Positions 23,525 through 32,048 of a stretch of 33,743 nucleotides of DNA are shown here, piece by piece. The DNA lies in NCBI GenBank assembly GCA_020853455.1, contig JADYYV010000185.1, positions 1 to 33,743 of the forward strand, given 5' to 3'. The notes below the pieces were generated by a model. It was not told the origin of the DNA, did no database searches, and saw only the letters and a list, made by a program, of their open reading frames with translations. The stretch is from Alphaproteobacteria bacterium. GTDB taxonomy: Bacteria; Pseudomonadota; Alphaproteobacteria; Micavibrionales; UBA2020. The stretch's first letter is position 1. Each line of letters starts with the position of its first letter. The position numbers and the translations under genes were made by a program.

Positions 23525-23611
23525 ATTCAACACCCTTTGCGAGTTAACGGTGCAATGCTAGCCCAGTTAAAGCCCTTATAGAATAAAAGTTTTTGGCGCG
23601 CGGCGCGGGTC

Positions 23612-24619
23612 ATGATATTAAAAACCATGTCCTCAGGCCTTGTGATTCAAACCGTCAGCAAGACGTTCCCGTCGCCCACCGGTCCGGTGCGCGCGGTCGA
23701 CAATGTATCCCTCACGATCCAGCCCAACGAATTCTTCACGCTGCTCGGTCCTTCCGGCTGCGGCAAGACGACGCTGCTCCGCATGATCGCGGGGCTCGAT
23801 ATCCCCACCTCCGGCAGCATCCTGCTGGACAATCAGGACATCGCGCCGCTTCCCGCCTACCAGCGCCCCGTGAACACCGTGTTCCAGAGCTACGCGCTGT
23901 TCCCGCACATGACGGTCACCGACAACATCGCCTTCGGCATGAAGATGCAAGGTAAGCCGAAAACCGAAATCGACAAGGCCGTGAAGGAAGCGCTCGCGCT
24001 CGTGCGGCTCGATGACAAAGGGGAGCGCATGCCCGCGCAGTTGTCGGGCGGCCAGCAGCAGCGCGTCGCGCTCGCCCGCGCGCTTGTCAACCACCCGAAA
24101 ATTCTCCTGCTCGATGAATCCCTCTCCGCGCTTGATTACAAGCTGCGCAAGGAAATGCAGATCGAGCTGAAACGCCTGCAGCGCGAAACCGGCATCACCT
24201 TTATTTTCGTGACGCACGACCAGGACGAGGCGCTGTCGATGTCCGACCGCATCGCCGTCATGGAAAAGGGCAATGTCGCGCAGATCGGCACGCCTCAGGA
24301 AATCTACGACAGGCCTGCCACGCGCTTTGTGGCCGATTTCATCGGCATCTGCAATTTCGTCAAGGCGTCCAGCCTTGGCCTGAACGACAATTGCGATATC
24401 GGCTTCCGCCCCGAAGACGCGTCGTTCACCGTCGGGCGCGGCATGGGCAAGGGCAATATCCGCCACATCAATTACCGCGGCGCTGTCACGCATTACATCA
24501 TCGAGCTGGAAGGCGGCGAAACAATCACGCTGTCCGAAGACGATCCGCAGAATGTCGAAGTGAATGACGCGGTGTCGCTGGTCATCCCGCCGGAGAGGCT
24601 GATACGATGCACGGCGTAA
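23612..24619 (+). CDS. potA: Spermidine/putrescine-type ABC importer ATP-binding protein
   Basis: Walker [25 protein letters not shown], Walker [13 protein letters not shown], plus a C-terminal TOBE-like regulatory domain. It heads a potABCD-like operon. Confidence 0.9.
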   Translation: MILKTMSSGLVIQTVSKTFPSPTGPVRAVDNVSLTIQPNEFFTLLGPSGCGKTTLLRMIAGLDIPTSGSILLDNQDIAPLPAYQRPVNTVFQSYALFPHMTVTDNIAFGMKMQGKPKTEIDKAVKEALALVRLDDKGERMPAQLSGGQQQRVALARALVNHPKILLLDESLSALDYKLRKEMQIELKRLQRETGITFIFVTHDQDEALSMSDRIAVMEKGNVAQIGTPQEIYDRPATRFVADFIGICNFVKASSLGLNDNCDIGFRPEDASFTVGRGMGKGNIRHINYRGAVTHYIIELEGGETITLSEDDPQNVEVNDAVSLVIPPERLIRCTA

Positions 24620-25485
24620 GGAACGCGGCACCCTGGCTGCTGTCGCCTTTCCTGATGATCATGGGCGTGTTCTTTGCCGCCCCGCTGCTCCTCGTCGTCG
24701 GTTATTCCTTCATGACCGCGCATTATCCGGGCGGCGTCGAATTCCCGCTGACACTGGATGCTTACGTCAAGATTTTCTACGACACCGATTTCGACGGTAA
24801 CAAGGTGTTCGACCCCAGCTTCCTGCTGATCTGCTGGAAATCGCTGAAGCTCGCGGGGCTTTGCACCATCCTCTGCCTGCGGGCAGGTTTTCCGATGGCC
24901 TATTTCATGGCCACGCGCCCGCCGCAGCAGCGCAATTTGTGGATGATGCTGGTTACGATCCCCTTCTGGACGAACCTTCTGATCCGCACCTATTCATGGA
25001 TCCTGATTTTGCGCGACGAGGGCCTCGTCAATAACATTTTGATGTCCACCGGCATCACCTCCAGCCCCATCACGCTGATGTGCAGCGATTTCGCCGTCGG
25101 CCTTGGCCTACTTTACAGCTACCTGCCCTTCATGGTTCTGCCGATCTATGCCAATCTTGAACGCATGGACTGGCGGCTGGTGGAGGCGGCATCCGACCTT
25201 TACGCCACCCGCTGGCAGACCCTGCGCAAAGTGACCATTCCGCTAACCATGCCGGGCATTCTGGCGGGCAGCATCCTTGTCTTCATCCCCTCCATCGGCT
25301 CCTTCCTCGCCCCGCAATTGCTGGGCTGCGGGCAGCAGATGATGCTGGGCAACAAGATCGAGAACCTGTTCGGACAGGGCGGCGACTGGCCGTTCGGCTC
25401 GGCGGCGTCGGTCGCGCTGATGATTATCGTCATGATCGGCCTGATGATCATGTCGCGGCGCGGCGGCATCAAGGAGCTGGTGTAA
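24607..25485 (+). CDS. potB: Polyamine ABC importer permease (PotB/PotH-like)
   Basis: Six-TM BPD-type permease with the EAA loop [22 protein letters not shown]. It overlaps the potA end by 13 nt. Confidence 0.85.
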   Translation: MHGVRNAAPWLLSPFLMIMGVFFAAPLLLVVGYSFMTAHYPGGVEFPLTLDAYVKIFYDTDFDGNKVFDPSFLLICWKSLKLAGLCTILCLRAGFPMAYFMATRPPQQRNLWMMLVTIPFWTNLLIRTYSWILILRDEGLVNNILMSTGITSSPITLMCSDFAVGLGLLYSYLPFMVLPIYANLERMDWRLVEAASDLYATRWQTLRKVTIPLTMPGILAGSILVFIPSIGSFLAPQLLGCGQQMMLGNKIENLFGQGGDWPFGSAASVALMIIVMIGLMIMSRRGGIKELV

Positions 25486-25486
25486 C

Positions 25487-26323
25487 ATGGCGGCATCCAC
25501 CTCCCCTTCCCGCCTGCCCGGTGTTGCGACGACGGCCTATCTCAGCCTCGCCTTCCTTTATATTCCCATCCTCGTCGTCATTTTCTTTTCCTTCAACGCC
25601 AACAGCCTGATTACCGTCTGGCACGGCTTCACGACCGACTGGTATGTAAAGGCCTACGAAAACGAAGACCTGCGCCGTGCGACGTGGAATTCGATGATCG
25701 TCGCCGTCGGCGCGACCTTCTTCTCGACCGTCCTTGCCCTGATGGCGGCGATGGGTATGCGCGGGCGTTTGCCGCGCGGGCTTGCAGGAACGTCGCAGAT
25801 GATGATGACCCTGCCCTTGCTGATCCCCGAAATCGTGATCGCGATTGCGACGATGTCTTTCTTTTCCATCATCCTGCGCTCGGAATTCATGGCGGGCACG
25901 GCATTCCTGAAACTGGTCGATCAATACCCGCTGACGCAGGTGCTGATCGCGCATACCGTTTTCTGCGTGCCCTTCGCCTATTCCCCCATCCGCGCCCGCA
26001 TCGAAACGCTGCCGCCGTCATTATTCGAGGCGGCGGCCGACCTTTACGCGACGCCGTGGCAATCCTTCCGCCGCGTAACGCTGCCCTTGATGATGCCGGG
26101 CGTCACTTCGGGCGCGATGCTGGCCTTTATCACGTCGCTTGACGATTTCATCATTACGCAAATGGTGGCCCCGCCCGGCGCGATGACGCTGCCCGTCTAT
26201 ATCTACAGCATGGTGCGCAAGGGCATCACGCCGGAGATCAACGCCGTATCGGCCATTTTGCTCGTGATTTCAATTCTGCTCGTGGTATCATCTTACGTCA
26301 TCAATCAAAGGAAGGCCTCCTGA
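25487..26323 (+). CDS. potC: Polyamine ABC importer permease (PotC/PotI-like)
   Basis: BPD-type permease with the EAA loop LFEAAADLYATPWQSFRRVTLP. It starts 1 nt after the potB stop. Confidence 0.85.
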   Translation: MAASTSPSRLPGVATTAYLSLAFLYIPILVVIFFSFNANSLITVWHGFTTDWYVKAYENEDLRRATWNSMIVAVGATFFSTVLALMAAMGMRGRLPRGLAGTSQMMMTLPLLIPEIVIAIATMSFFSIILRSEFMAGTAFLKLVDQYPLTQVLIAHTVFCVPFAYSPIRARIETLPPSLFEAAADLYATPWQSFRRVTLPLMMPGVTSGAMLAFITSLDDFIITQMVAPPGAMTLPVYIYSMVRKGITPEINAVSAILLVISILLVVSSYVINQRKAS

Positions 26324-26324
26324 C

Positions 26325-27377
26325 ATGAAACTCAAATCATTCCTCCTCGCCATCTCCGCTGTTGCCCTGCTGTCAGGCAGCGCCGTATTCGTTTCGGGCG
26401 CGGCCCGCGCGGAAGAAAAGCAAAAGCTGTTCATCTACACTTGGGACACCTACAAAAACGACGACCTGTTCAAGCAATTTGAAAAAGAAACCGGCATCGA
26501 TGTCGTGACCGACATCTATTCCAGCAACGACGCGCTGATCGCGAAAATCAAGGCGGGCGGCGCCTATGACATCGTCATGCCGTCGGGCCCCTATATCCCG
26601 CTGCTCGCCGGCGAAAAACTCCTCCAGCCGCTGCCTGCCGACCTGCAGGCGATGGGGGAGAAAATGGCGACCAACGTGAAAAACCCGGGCTTCGACCCCA
26701 AAAACGAACATTCGCTGCCGCTGTTTTACGGCACGACCGGCATCGCCGTGAACACGAAACTGGTCAAGGAAGATGTCACCAGCTGGTCGCAATTCTTCAC
26801 GCGCCCTAAGGATGAAAAGAAAACCCTCGGTGTGCTGGATGACACCGGCACGGTCATGGACATCGCCGCGATCCAGCTGGGCCGCCCCTATTGCGAAGAC
26901 AACCCCGACACCTACAAGGCGATTCAGGCCCTGCTGCTTGCCCAGAAACCTTTCGTGAAGGTCTATGGCGCGACGGGTTACATTGAACGCATGGCGGCAA
27001 GCGACGTTGCGATGCAGATGGCATGGAGCGGCGACGCCTACCTCGCCCGCAAGCAGAACAAGGACATCAAATACGTCTATCCGAAAGAAGGCGTCGAGGT
27101 GTGGATCGACAACCTCGCCATCCCCTCGACCTCCAAAAACCCGGAGAACGCGAAGAAGTTCATCGAATTCGTGCTGAAGCCTGAAAACCTGGCGCAATAC
27201 GCCGAATTCTCGGGCTACGTCCCCTCGCTCGATGCCGCAAAAGACCTGATGCCGGCCGAGATCAAGGACGCGCCCGAATTCAACATCCCCGCAGGCCTGA
27301 ATGCGCCCGTTTCCGCAACTTGCGCGCCCAAGGTCGTCAAGAACCAGCAGAAAATCTGGGACCGGGTGCTGAAATGA
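26325..27377 (+). CDS. Periplasmic polyamine-binding protein (PotD/PotF family), cleavable signal peptide
   Basis: Signal peptide MKLKSFLLAISAVALLSGSAVFVSGAARAEE. Family blocks YTWDTY, DIVMPSG, LPLFYGTTGIAVN and AWSGDAY. Confidence 0.85.
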   Translation: MKLKSFLLAISAVALLSGSAVFVSGAARAEEKQKLFIYTWDTYKNDDLFKQFEKETGIDVVTDIYSSNDALIAKIKAGGAYDIVMPSGPYIPLLAGEKLLQPLPADLQAMGEKMATNVKNPGFDPKNEHSLPLFYGTTGIAVNTKLVKEDVTSWSQFFTRPKDEKKTLGVLDDTGTVMDIAAIQLGRPYCEDNPDTYKAIQALLLAQKPFVKVYGATGYIERMAASDVAMQMAWSGDAYLARKQNKDIKYVYPKEGVEVWIDNLAIPSTSKNPENAKKFIEFVLKPENLAQYAEFSGYVPSLDAAKDLMPAEIKDAPEFNIPAGLNAPVSATCAPKVVKNQQKIWDRVLK

Positions 27378-28423
27378 GCAGGGGAGTAGTCGTCGCGACT
27401 GCTGCCCTTGCCGCGATTGCTGTTGTGATAGCGGCGGGTCTGCTTTACAAACGCCCGTCGCAAACGCTTCAGTTTTACACCTGGGATACATACGAAGCAC
27501 CCGAGCTGTTCGCAGCGTTCGAGAAGAAGACCGGCATCAAGGTCGTCGCCACGCTGTTCTACAGCAACGACGACCTTGAGGCCAAACTGAAGGCCGGCGG
27601 CCAGTACGACCTCATTACGCCGTCCGGCAACTATATTTCGCGCCTCGCAAACGCCAAGCTTCTGCAACCTTTGCCGGAAAAGGTGAGGCTGCATGCGCAA
27701 ATGCTGTCACGCAACGTGCAAAAGCCCGCTTACGACCCCGACTACACCTGGTCGCTGCCGCTGTTTTACGGCACGACCGGCATCGCCGTAAACACGGGGC
27801 TGACAAAGGAAAAAATCACCAGCTGGGAGCAGATCCTGCGCCGCCCGGCGGGCGAAAAAGAAAGCATCGGCATGCTGGGCGAAGAATCCTCGACGCTGAT
27901 GGCGATCACCTCGATCGCCGCCGGCGCGCGCAACTGCGACCCGTCTCCCGCCGTCCATGCGCGGCTGGAAGCCATGCTGAAGGCGCAGAAACCTTTCGTC
28001 AAGACCTATAAGGCCGAGGCTTATTTCGAGCATCTTGCCGCGGATGACATCACGTTCCAGATGGCCTGGAGCGGCGACGCCTATATCGCGCGCCAGAAAA
28101 ACCCGAAGATCGAATACGTCTATCCGCGCGAAGGCGTGGAGCTGTGGCTTGACACGCTGGCGGTGCCGGCATCCTCGCGCAACCTGCCGGCCGTGATCGC
28201 CTTCGTCGATTTCATCATGGATCCCGCCGTGCTGGCGAAATACACCGTCGTATCGGGTAATATCCCGTCTATCGACGCCGCGCGCGGCTTCCTGCCCCAG
28301 GAATTCCGCGATGCGCCCGAATTCAACATCCCGCTGACCACCAAGGCACTGGTATCGGAGGCCTGCAACCCCGACGTCGTCGAGGTTTACAACCGCATCG
28401 CAGGGAGCATCGCGACCAAATAA
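27374..28423 (+). CDS. Second PotD/PotF-family binding protein (tandem paralogue), N-terminal hydrophobic anchor-like segment
   Basis: ATG at 27374 overlaps the upstream stop (ATGA). The N-terminus MSRGVVVATAALAAIAVVIAAGLLYKRP has no obvious AxA cleavage site. It carries the same family blocks: YTWDTY, LITPSG, LPLFYGTTGIAVN, AWSGDAY. Confidence 0.8.
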   Translation: MSRGVVVATAALAAIAVVIAAGLLYKRPSQTLQFYTWDTYEAPELFAAFEKKTGIKVVATLFYSNDDLEAKLKAGGQYDLITPSGNYISRLANAKLLQPLPEKVRLHAQMLSRNVQKPAYDPDYTWSLPLFYGTTGIAVNTGLTKEKITSWEQILRRPAGEKESIGMLGEESSTLMAITSIAAGARNCDPSPAVHARLEAMLKAQKPFVKTYKAEAYFEHLAADDITFQMAWSGDAYIARQKNPKIEYVYPREGVELWLDTLAVPASSRNLPAVIAFVDFIMDPAVLAKYTVVSGNIPSIDAARGFLPQEFRDAPEFNIPLTTKALVSEACNPDVVEVYNRIAGSIATK

Positions 28424-28438
28424 TCGCGGCCTGAACCG

Positions 28439-29554
28439 ATGAAAAAAATACTGGTCATCGGCGGATACGGTTTTTTCGGCAACATCATCACGCGCCGGCT
28501 GGCGGCCGATCCCGCCATCCGCGTCGTTATTGCGGGCCGCGACGCGGAAAAATGCCGCGCGCTGGCGGCGGAGCTGCAAAAATCGCCCAATCTGCCGCTT
28601 TATCATGTGCTGGACCTGTCCCGCGACCTGCCCGCCGTGCTGGAGCAGGTGAAACCCGACATCGTGATCAATGCGGCAGGTCCCTTTCAGGGGCTGGATT
28701 ATAAAACGCCCGAAGCCTGCATCGGTTTCGACTGTCATTACATCGACCTCGCCGATGGACGGGATTACGTCGCGGGTATCGGCGCGCTCGACAGGCCGGC
28801 GAAAGCGAAAGGCAGGCTTGTCGTCACCGGCGCGTCGTCCGTGCCCTGTCTGACGGCCGCGATCATCGACCATTACCTGCCGGAATTCGGCGTGATACAT
28901 TCGGTCGATTACGGCATCACGGTCGCGCAAAAAACCCGGATGGGCGCGTCGACCGCCGCCGCCGTGCTGTCCTATGCGGGCAAGCCCTTTACAACGCTGC
29001 GCAACAAGAACATGGAAACCGTCCACGGCGGGCTCGGCCTGCATGCGGAAAATTACCCGGAACTTGGCCTGCGCCTGTTCAGCCAATGCGACATCCCCGA
29101 CCTTGCGCTGTTTCCCGCGCGCTATCCGGCGCTCGAAAATATCCGTTTTTCGGCGGGGCAGGAAATATCGCTGCTGCAGCTGGGGATCTGGAAGCTGTCA
29201 TTGATGGTGCGGGCGGGAATTCTGGGCGGTCTCGAGCCCCATGCGCAGCGGCTGATGAAGCTGCGCGCGCTTTTCGATATCTTCGGCAGCGACCAAAGCG
29301 GGCTGCATATGCGGCTGAAAGGCACCGGCAGAAGCGGAAAACCGCGCGAAACGACGTTTTACATGATCGCCAAATCCGGCCACGGCCCCCATATACCGGC
29401 CACCCCCGCCGTATTGCTGGCGCAGGGGCTGGTGCACAATACGATCACCAAGCGCGGCGCGCTGCCCTGCATGGGGCTCATCAGCCTGCCGCATTACATG
29501 GCGGCGCTGAAAAACTTCGACATCCACACGATGGAAACGACTACGCCCGCCTGA
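28439..29554 (+). CDS. Saccharopine-dehydrogenase-like NAD(P)-binding protein
   Basis: N-terminal Rossmann motif MKKILVIGGYGFFGNIITRRLA. 371 aa. It starts 15 nt after the second binding-protein gene, so it is probably co-transcribed with the pot genes. Confidence 0.7.
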   Translation: MKKILVIGGYGFFGNIITRRLAADPAIRVVIAGRDAEKCRALAAELQKSPNLPLYHVLDLSRDLPAVLEQVKPDIVINAAGPFQGLDYKTPEACIGFDCHYIDLADGRDYVAGIGALDRPAKAKGRLVVTGASSVPCLTAAIIDHYLPEFGVIHSVDYGITVAQKTRMGASTAAAVLSYAGKPFTTLRNKNMETVHGGLGLHAENYPELGLRLFSQCDIPDLALFPARYPALENIRFSAGQEISLLQLGIWKLSLMVRAGILGGLEPHAQRLMKLRALFDIFGSDQSGLHMRLKGTGRSGKPRETTFYMIAKSGHGPHIPATPAVLLAQGLVHNTITKRGALPCMGLISLPHYMAALKNFDIHTMETTTPA

Positions 29555-30197
29555 AAACGCCGGTCTGGTAAAACGTCTCGCCCAGCTGCGGATGCACCAT
29601 CGAAATGGTAAAGCGGAACGCGCCGTCGCCAAGGTCATCATGGATGACATGCGTTTTGCCGGGCGCAAGGAAATGCGGCAGCGGCAGGCGTTTGCCAAAC
29701 ACCTGCCAGAAATAGCGCGCGCTGACGAAATGCAGGCTGCCGTTTTCGGGATAGACGTCCAGCACCATGCCGAAACCGCCGCCCACGCATTCCATCATCC
29801 GGCCCTGTTCGTTCTCCCGCTTGACCGATATCACGACATAGGGCTTGCGGCGCGGATAGAAATAGGTGCGCTGCCAGCAGACGCCGGCATAGCCCTGCAC
29901 CTTGATCAGCTCGACGCGCATCGGCACGTCTTTACCCTCGTGCGGGGTCAGCGGGTTGCCGATCACGCGGGTAAGATAAGCGAACAGCTTGCCCATTTTC
30001 GAGCAGCGGATTTCCTCCATCGACCCCGCATAGACGATGTTCGCGCCCGGCAACGGATCGCGCCGGAAGCGCTCCTGGATGTTGGGGTGCAGGTCGGCCC
30101 ATTTGTCCTTCAGCAGCCGTTGCAACGACGACACCGGCACGGCGCAAGAGGCTTGCGCTTCGGGTGGCGGCGTGACGTCTTCTGGCGCATTCGGCAT
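29541..30197 (-). CDS. DUF4166-like protein
   Basis: 218 aa: W.DLHPNIQERF..., CWQRTYFYP, LHFVSARYF, LPLPHFLAPGKTHVIHDDLGDGAFRFTISMVHPQLG. I recall this pattern for DUF4166, a domain often found next to or fused with saccharopine-dehydrogenase-like genes. This is memory-based, not searched. Confidence 0.55.
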   Translation of the reverse strand: MPNAPEDVTPPPEAQASCAVPVSSLQRLLKDKWADLHPNIQERFRRDPLPGANIVYAGSMEEIRCSKMGKLFAYLTRVIGNPLTPHEGKDVPMRVELIKVQGYAGVCWQRTYFYPRRKPYVVISVKRENEQGRMMECVGGGFGMVLDVYPENGSLHFVSARYFWQVFGKRLPLPHFLAPGKTHVIHDDLGDGAFRFTISMVHPQLGETFYQTGVFRRA

Positions 30198-30225
30198 GGC
30201 GGCCTTGATGGGCAGGGATAAACAT

Positions 30226-30245
30226 GCTATATTTAGATATATAGC
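30226..30245. promoter_or_regulatory. Inverted repeat GCTATAT-N6-ATATAGC in the divergent DUF4166 / ArsR-type spacer (candidate operator)
   Basis: Read directly. It lies 29 nt upstream of the DUF4166-like ATG (30197) and 67 nt upstream of the regulator ATG (30312). Confidence 0.4.
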
Positions 30246-30311
30246 TAATAACTAATTATGCCCGATCGGCGGTCGATAATCAACAGGACACAGGGAGGCG
30301 TTTGGATTCAC

Positions 30312-30641
30312 ATGGAAAAAGTATTCGCCGCCCTCTCCTCCGGCGTCCGCCGCCGCATTCTCGCCTATCTTTCGGCAACCTCCCTGACCGCCGGCGAAAT
30401 CGCCGCGCGTTTCGACATCACGAAACCGTCGCTGTCGAAACACCTCAGCATCCTTGAAAATGCGGGGCTGGTGAAGGGCGAGAAAAAGGGGCAGTTCATC
30501 CATTACAGCCTTGTGCGCGAAAACCTCGTCAACACGCTGAACGGCTTTGTGACCGAAGTCTGCCCCGTCGCGCGCCCCCTGAAAAAAGAGAGCCGCGCGC
30601 TGGCCGATATAAAATCGGCCGATAAAAAATCCGGCAAATAA
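30312..30641 (+). CDS. ArsR/SmtB-family winged-helix transcriptional regulator (no canonical metal-sensing Cys/His motifs)
   Basis: FAALSSGVRRRILAYLS...LTAGEIAARFDITKPSLSKHLSILENAGLV...KGQFIHYSL is the classic ArsR HTH. There is no ELCVCD-type motif. I preferred ATG at 30312; ATG at 30258 is possible. Confidence 0.8.
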   Translation: MEKVFAALSSGVRRRILAYLSATSLTAGEIAARFDITKPSLSKHLSILENAGLVKGEKKGQFIHYSLVRENLVNTLNGFVTEVCPVARPLKKESRALADIKSADKKSGK

Positions 30642-32042
30642 TTACTTCTTCGCCGCCTGCGAATTCGGGTTGTTCACCCAGCCGCCGCCCAGCGAACGGT
30701 ACAGGTCGATCTGCGCGTTCAGCAGTTCGAGTTTCACCGACGCATAGTTGTCGTTGGTCGATAGCAGGCTGCGCTCGGCCTCCAGCATCGTCTGGTAATC
30801 GACGGAACCGGCTTCATACAGCCCGCGCGACAGTTCATAGGTCTTCTGCGCTTCCTTGACCGCATCGGCGAAATCGGCCTGACGCGTTTTTGCGGCCTTG
30901 ACCGCCGACAGCGCGTTTTCGATTTCCTGCAGCGATGTCAGCACGGTCAGGCGGTAGTTTTCCGCCAGCTCCAGCTCGCGTGCCGTCGCACGATCAACGC
31001 CCGCCGCGATGCGCCCGCCGTTAAAGATCGGCGCCGCCAGCGATGCCAGCAGCGACAGCGTATTGGTGGCAGGCCCGCCCAGCGGCGACAGCGCCATGCC
31101 CACGCCCGCGCCGATATTGACGGTCGGGAAGAACGCGGCGCGCGCCGCCGTGATATCGGCATTCGCGGCGATCAGGTTGGCTTCCGCCGCCTTGATATCG
31201 GGGCGCTGCGTCAGGATCGATGCCGGCTGCGTCAGCGGCACTTTTGGCGACGCAATGCCGCCCAATCCCCAGCCCTTGATCTTCATGTCCTGCGGCGCGC
31301 GGCCCAGCAGCACCGACAGCGCGTTTTCGGTCGCATTCACCTGGTTTTTCAGCGCCGCGACGGAAGCGCGCGAATTCGACAGTTCGGTTTTCTGGCGCGA
31401 CACATCGATCGCCGAGGTGGATCCCGCGTCAAACCGCGCCTGCGCTACCTTCAAAACTTCCCCGATGTTTTTCAGGTTCTTTTCCGCGATGCCCTGGCGT
31501 TCGCGCAAATTGAGCATCTGGAAGTAAATCTTGGCGACGTCCGACATCACGATCAGGGCCAGCGCGTCATGGCTGTACTGGCTGTTGCGCACCAGCGCCT
31601 TGGCCGATTTCACGCCCGCGCGGTTCGCGCCGAACAGGTCGAGTTCGTAGGAAACGTCCAGCGCCGCGCGGCCCGACGACAGCCAGCCGTCGTTATTCGA
31701 CGCGTTGCGGCGGGTTTCCGTGCCGCCCGTGCTGGCCGACGCATCGACGCTGGGCACAAGGAATGAATCGGCGACCTTCAGCGACGCGCGCGACTGGCGG
31801 ATGCGGGCCAGCGACTGTTTCAGGTCGAGGTTTTGCGCCAGCGCCTCGGTCATCAGCGCGTCCAGCTCGGCGCTCTTGAAATTGCGCCACCAGTCGGCAT
31901 TGATGGTCGTGACGCCATCGACGACCTTGTCGCCCTTTTTCCAGCCGGCGGGGATGTTCGTATCCGGCCGCACATAATCGGCGGTGATATTGCATGCGGT
32001 CAGCGTGGACAGCATCAAAAGGGCGGCGATGGTCTTTTTCAT
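30642..32042 (-). CDS. Efflux outer-membrane lipoprotein, NodT/OprM family
   Basis: Lipobox LSTLTAC after MKKTIAALLM. 466 aa with two OEP-type repeats. It starts 6 nt downstream of the macB stop. Confidence 0.9.
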   Translation of the reverse strand: MKKTIAALLMLSTLTACNITADYVRPDTNIPAGWKKGDKVVDGVTTINADWWRNFKSAELDALMTEALAQNLDLKQSLARIRQSRASLKVADSFLVPSVDASASTGGTETRRNASNNDGWLSSGRAALDVSYELDLFGANRAGVKSAKALVRNSQYSHDALALIVMSDVAKIYFQMLNLRERQGIAEKNLKNIGEVLKVAQARFDAGSTSAIDVSRQKTELSNSRASVAALKNQVNATENALSVLLGRAPQDMKIKGWGLGGIASPKVPLTQPASILTQRPDIKAAEANLIAANADITAARAAFFPTVNIGAGVGMALSPLGGPATNTLSLLASLAAPIFNGGRIAAGVDRATARELELAENYRLTVLTSLQEIENALSAVKAAKTRQADFADAVKEAQKTYELSRGLYEAGSVDYQTMLEAERSLLSTNDNYASVKLELLNAQIDLYRSLGGGWVNNPNSQAAKK

Positions 32043-32048
32043 TTTTTC

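Noticed and set aside
23534-23611. Possible riboswitch or leader in the divergent spacer between the ABC-2 exporter and potA
   Set aside because: A 78-nt spacer shared by two divergent promoters is too short for a riboswitch aptamer, and I found no conserved structure.
26373-29086. Long minus-strand ORFs (26373..27500, 375 aa; 27707..29086, 459 aa) opposite the binding-protein and saccharopine-dehydrogenase-like genes
   Set aside because: This is the same antisense artefact. The plus-strand genes carry clear family blocks, while the minus-strand products are Arg/Gly/Asp/His-rich with no recognisable domain or ribosome-binding site.
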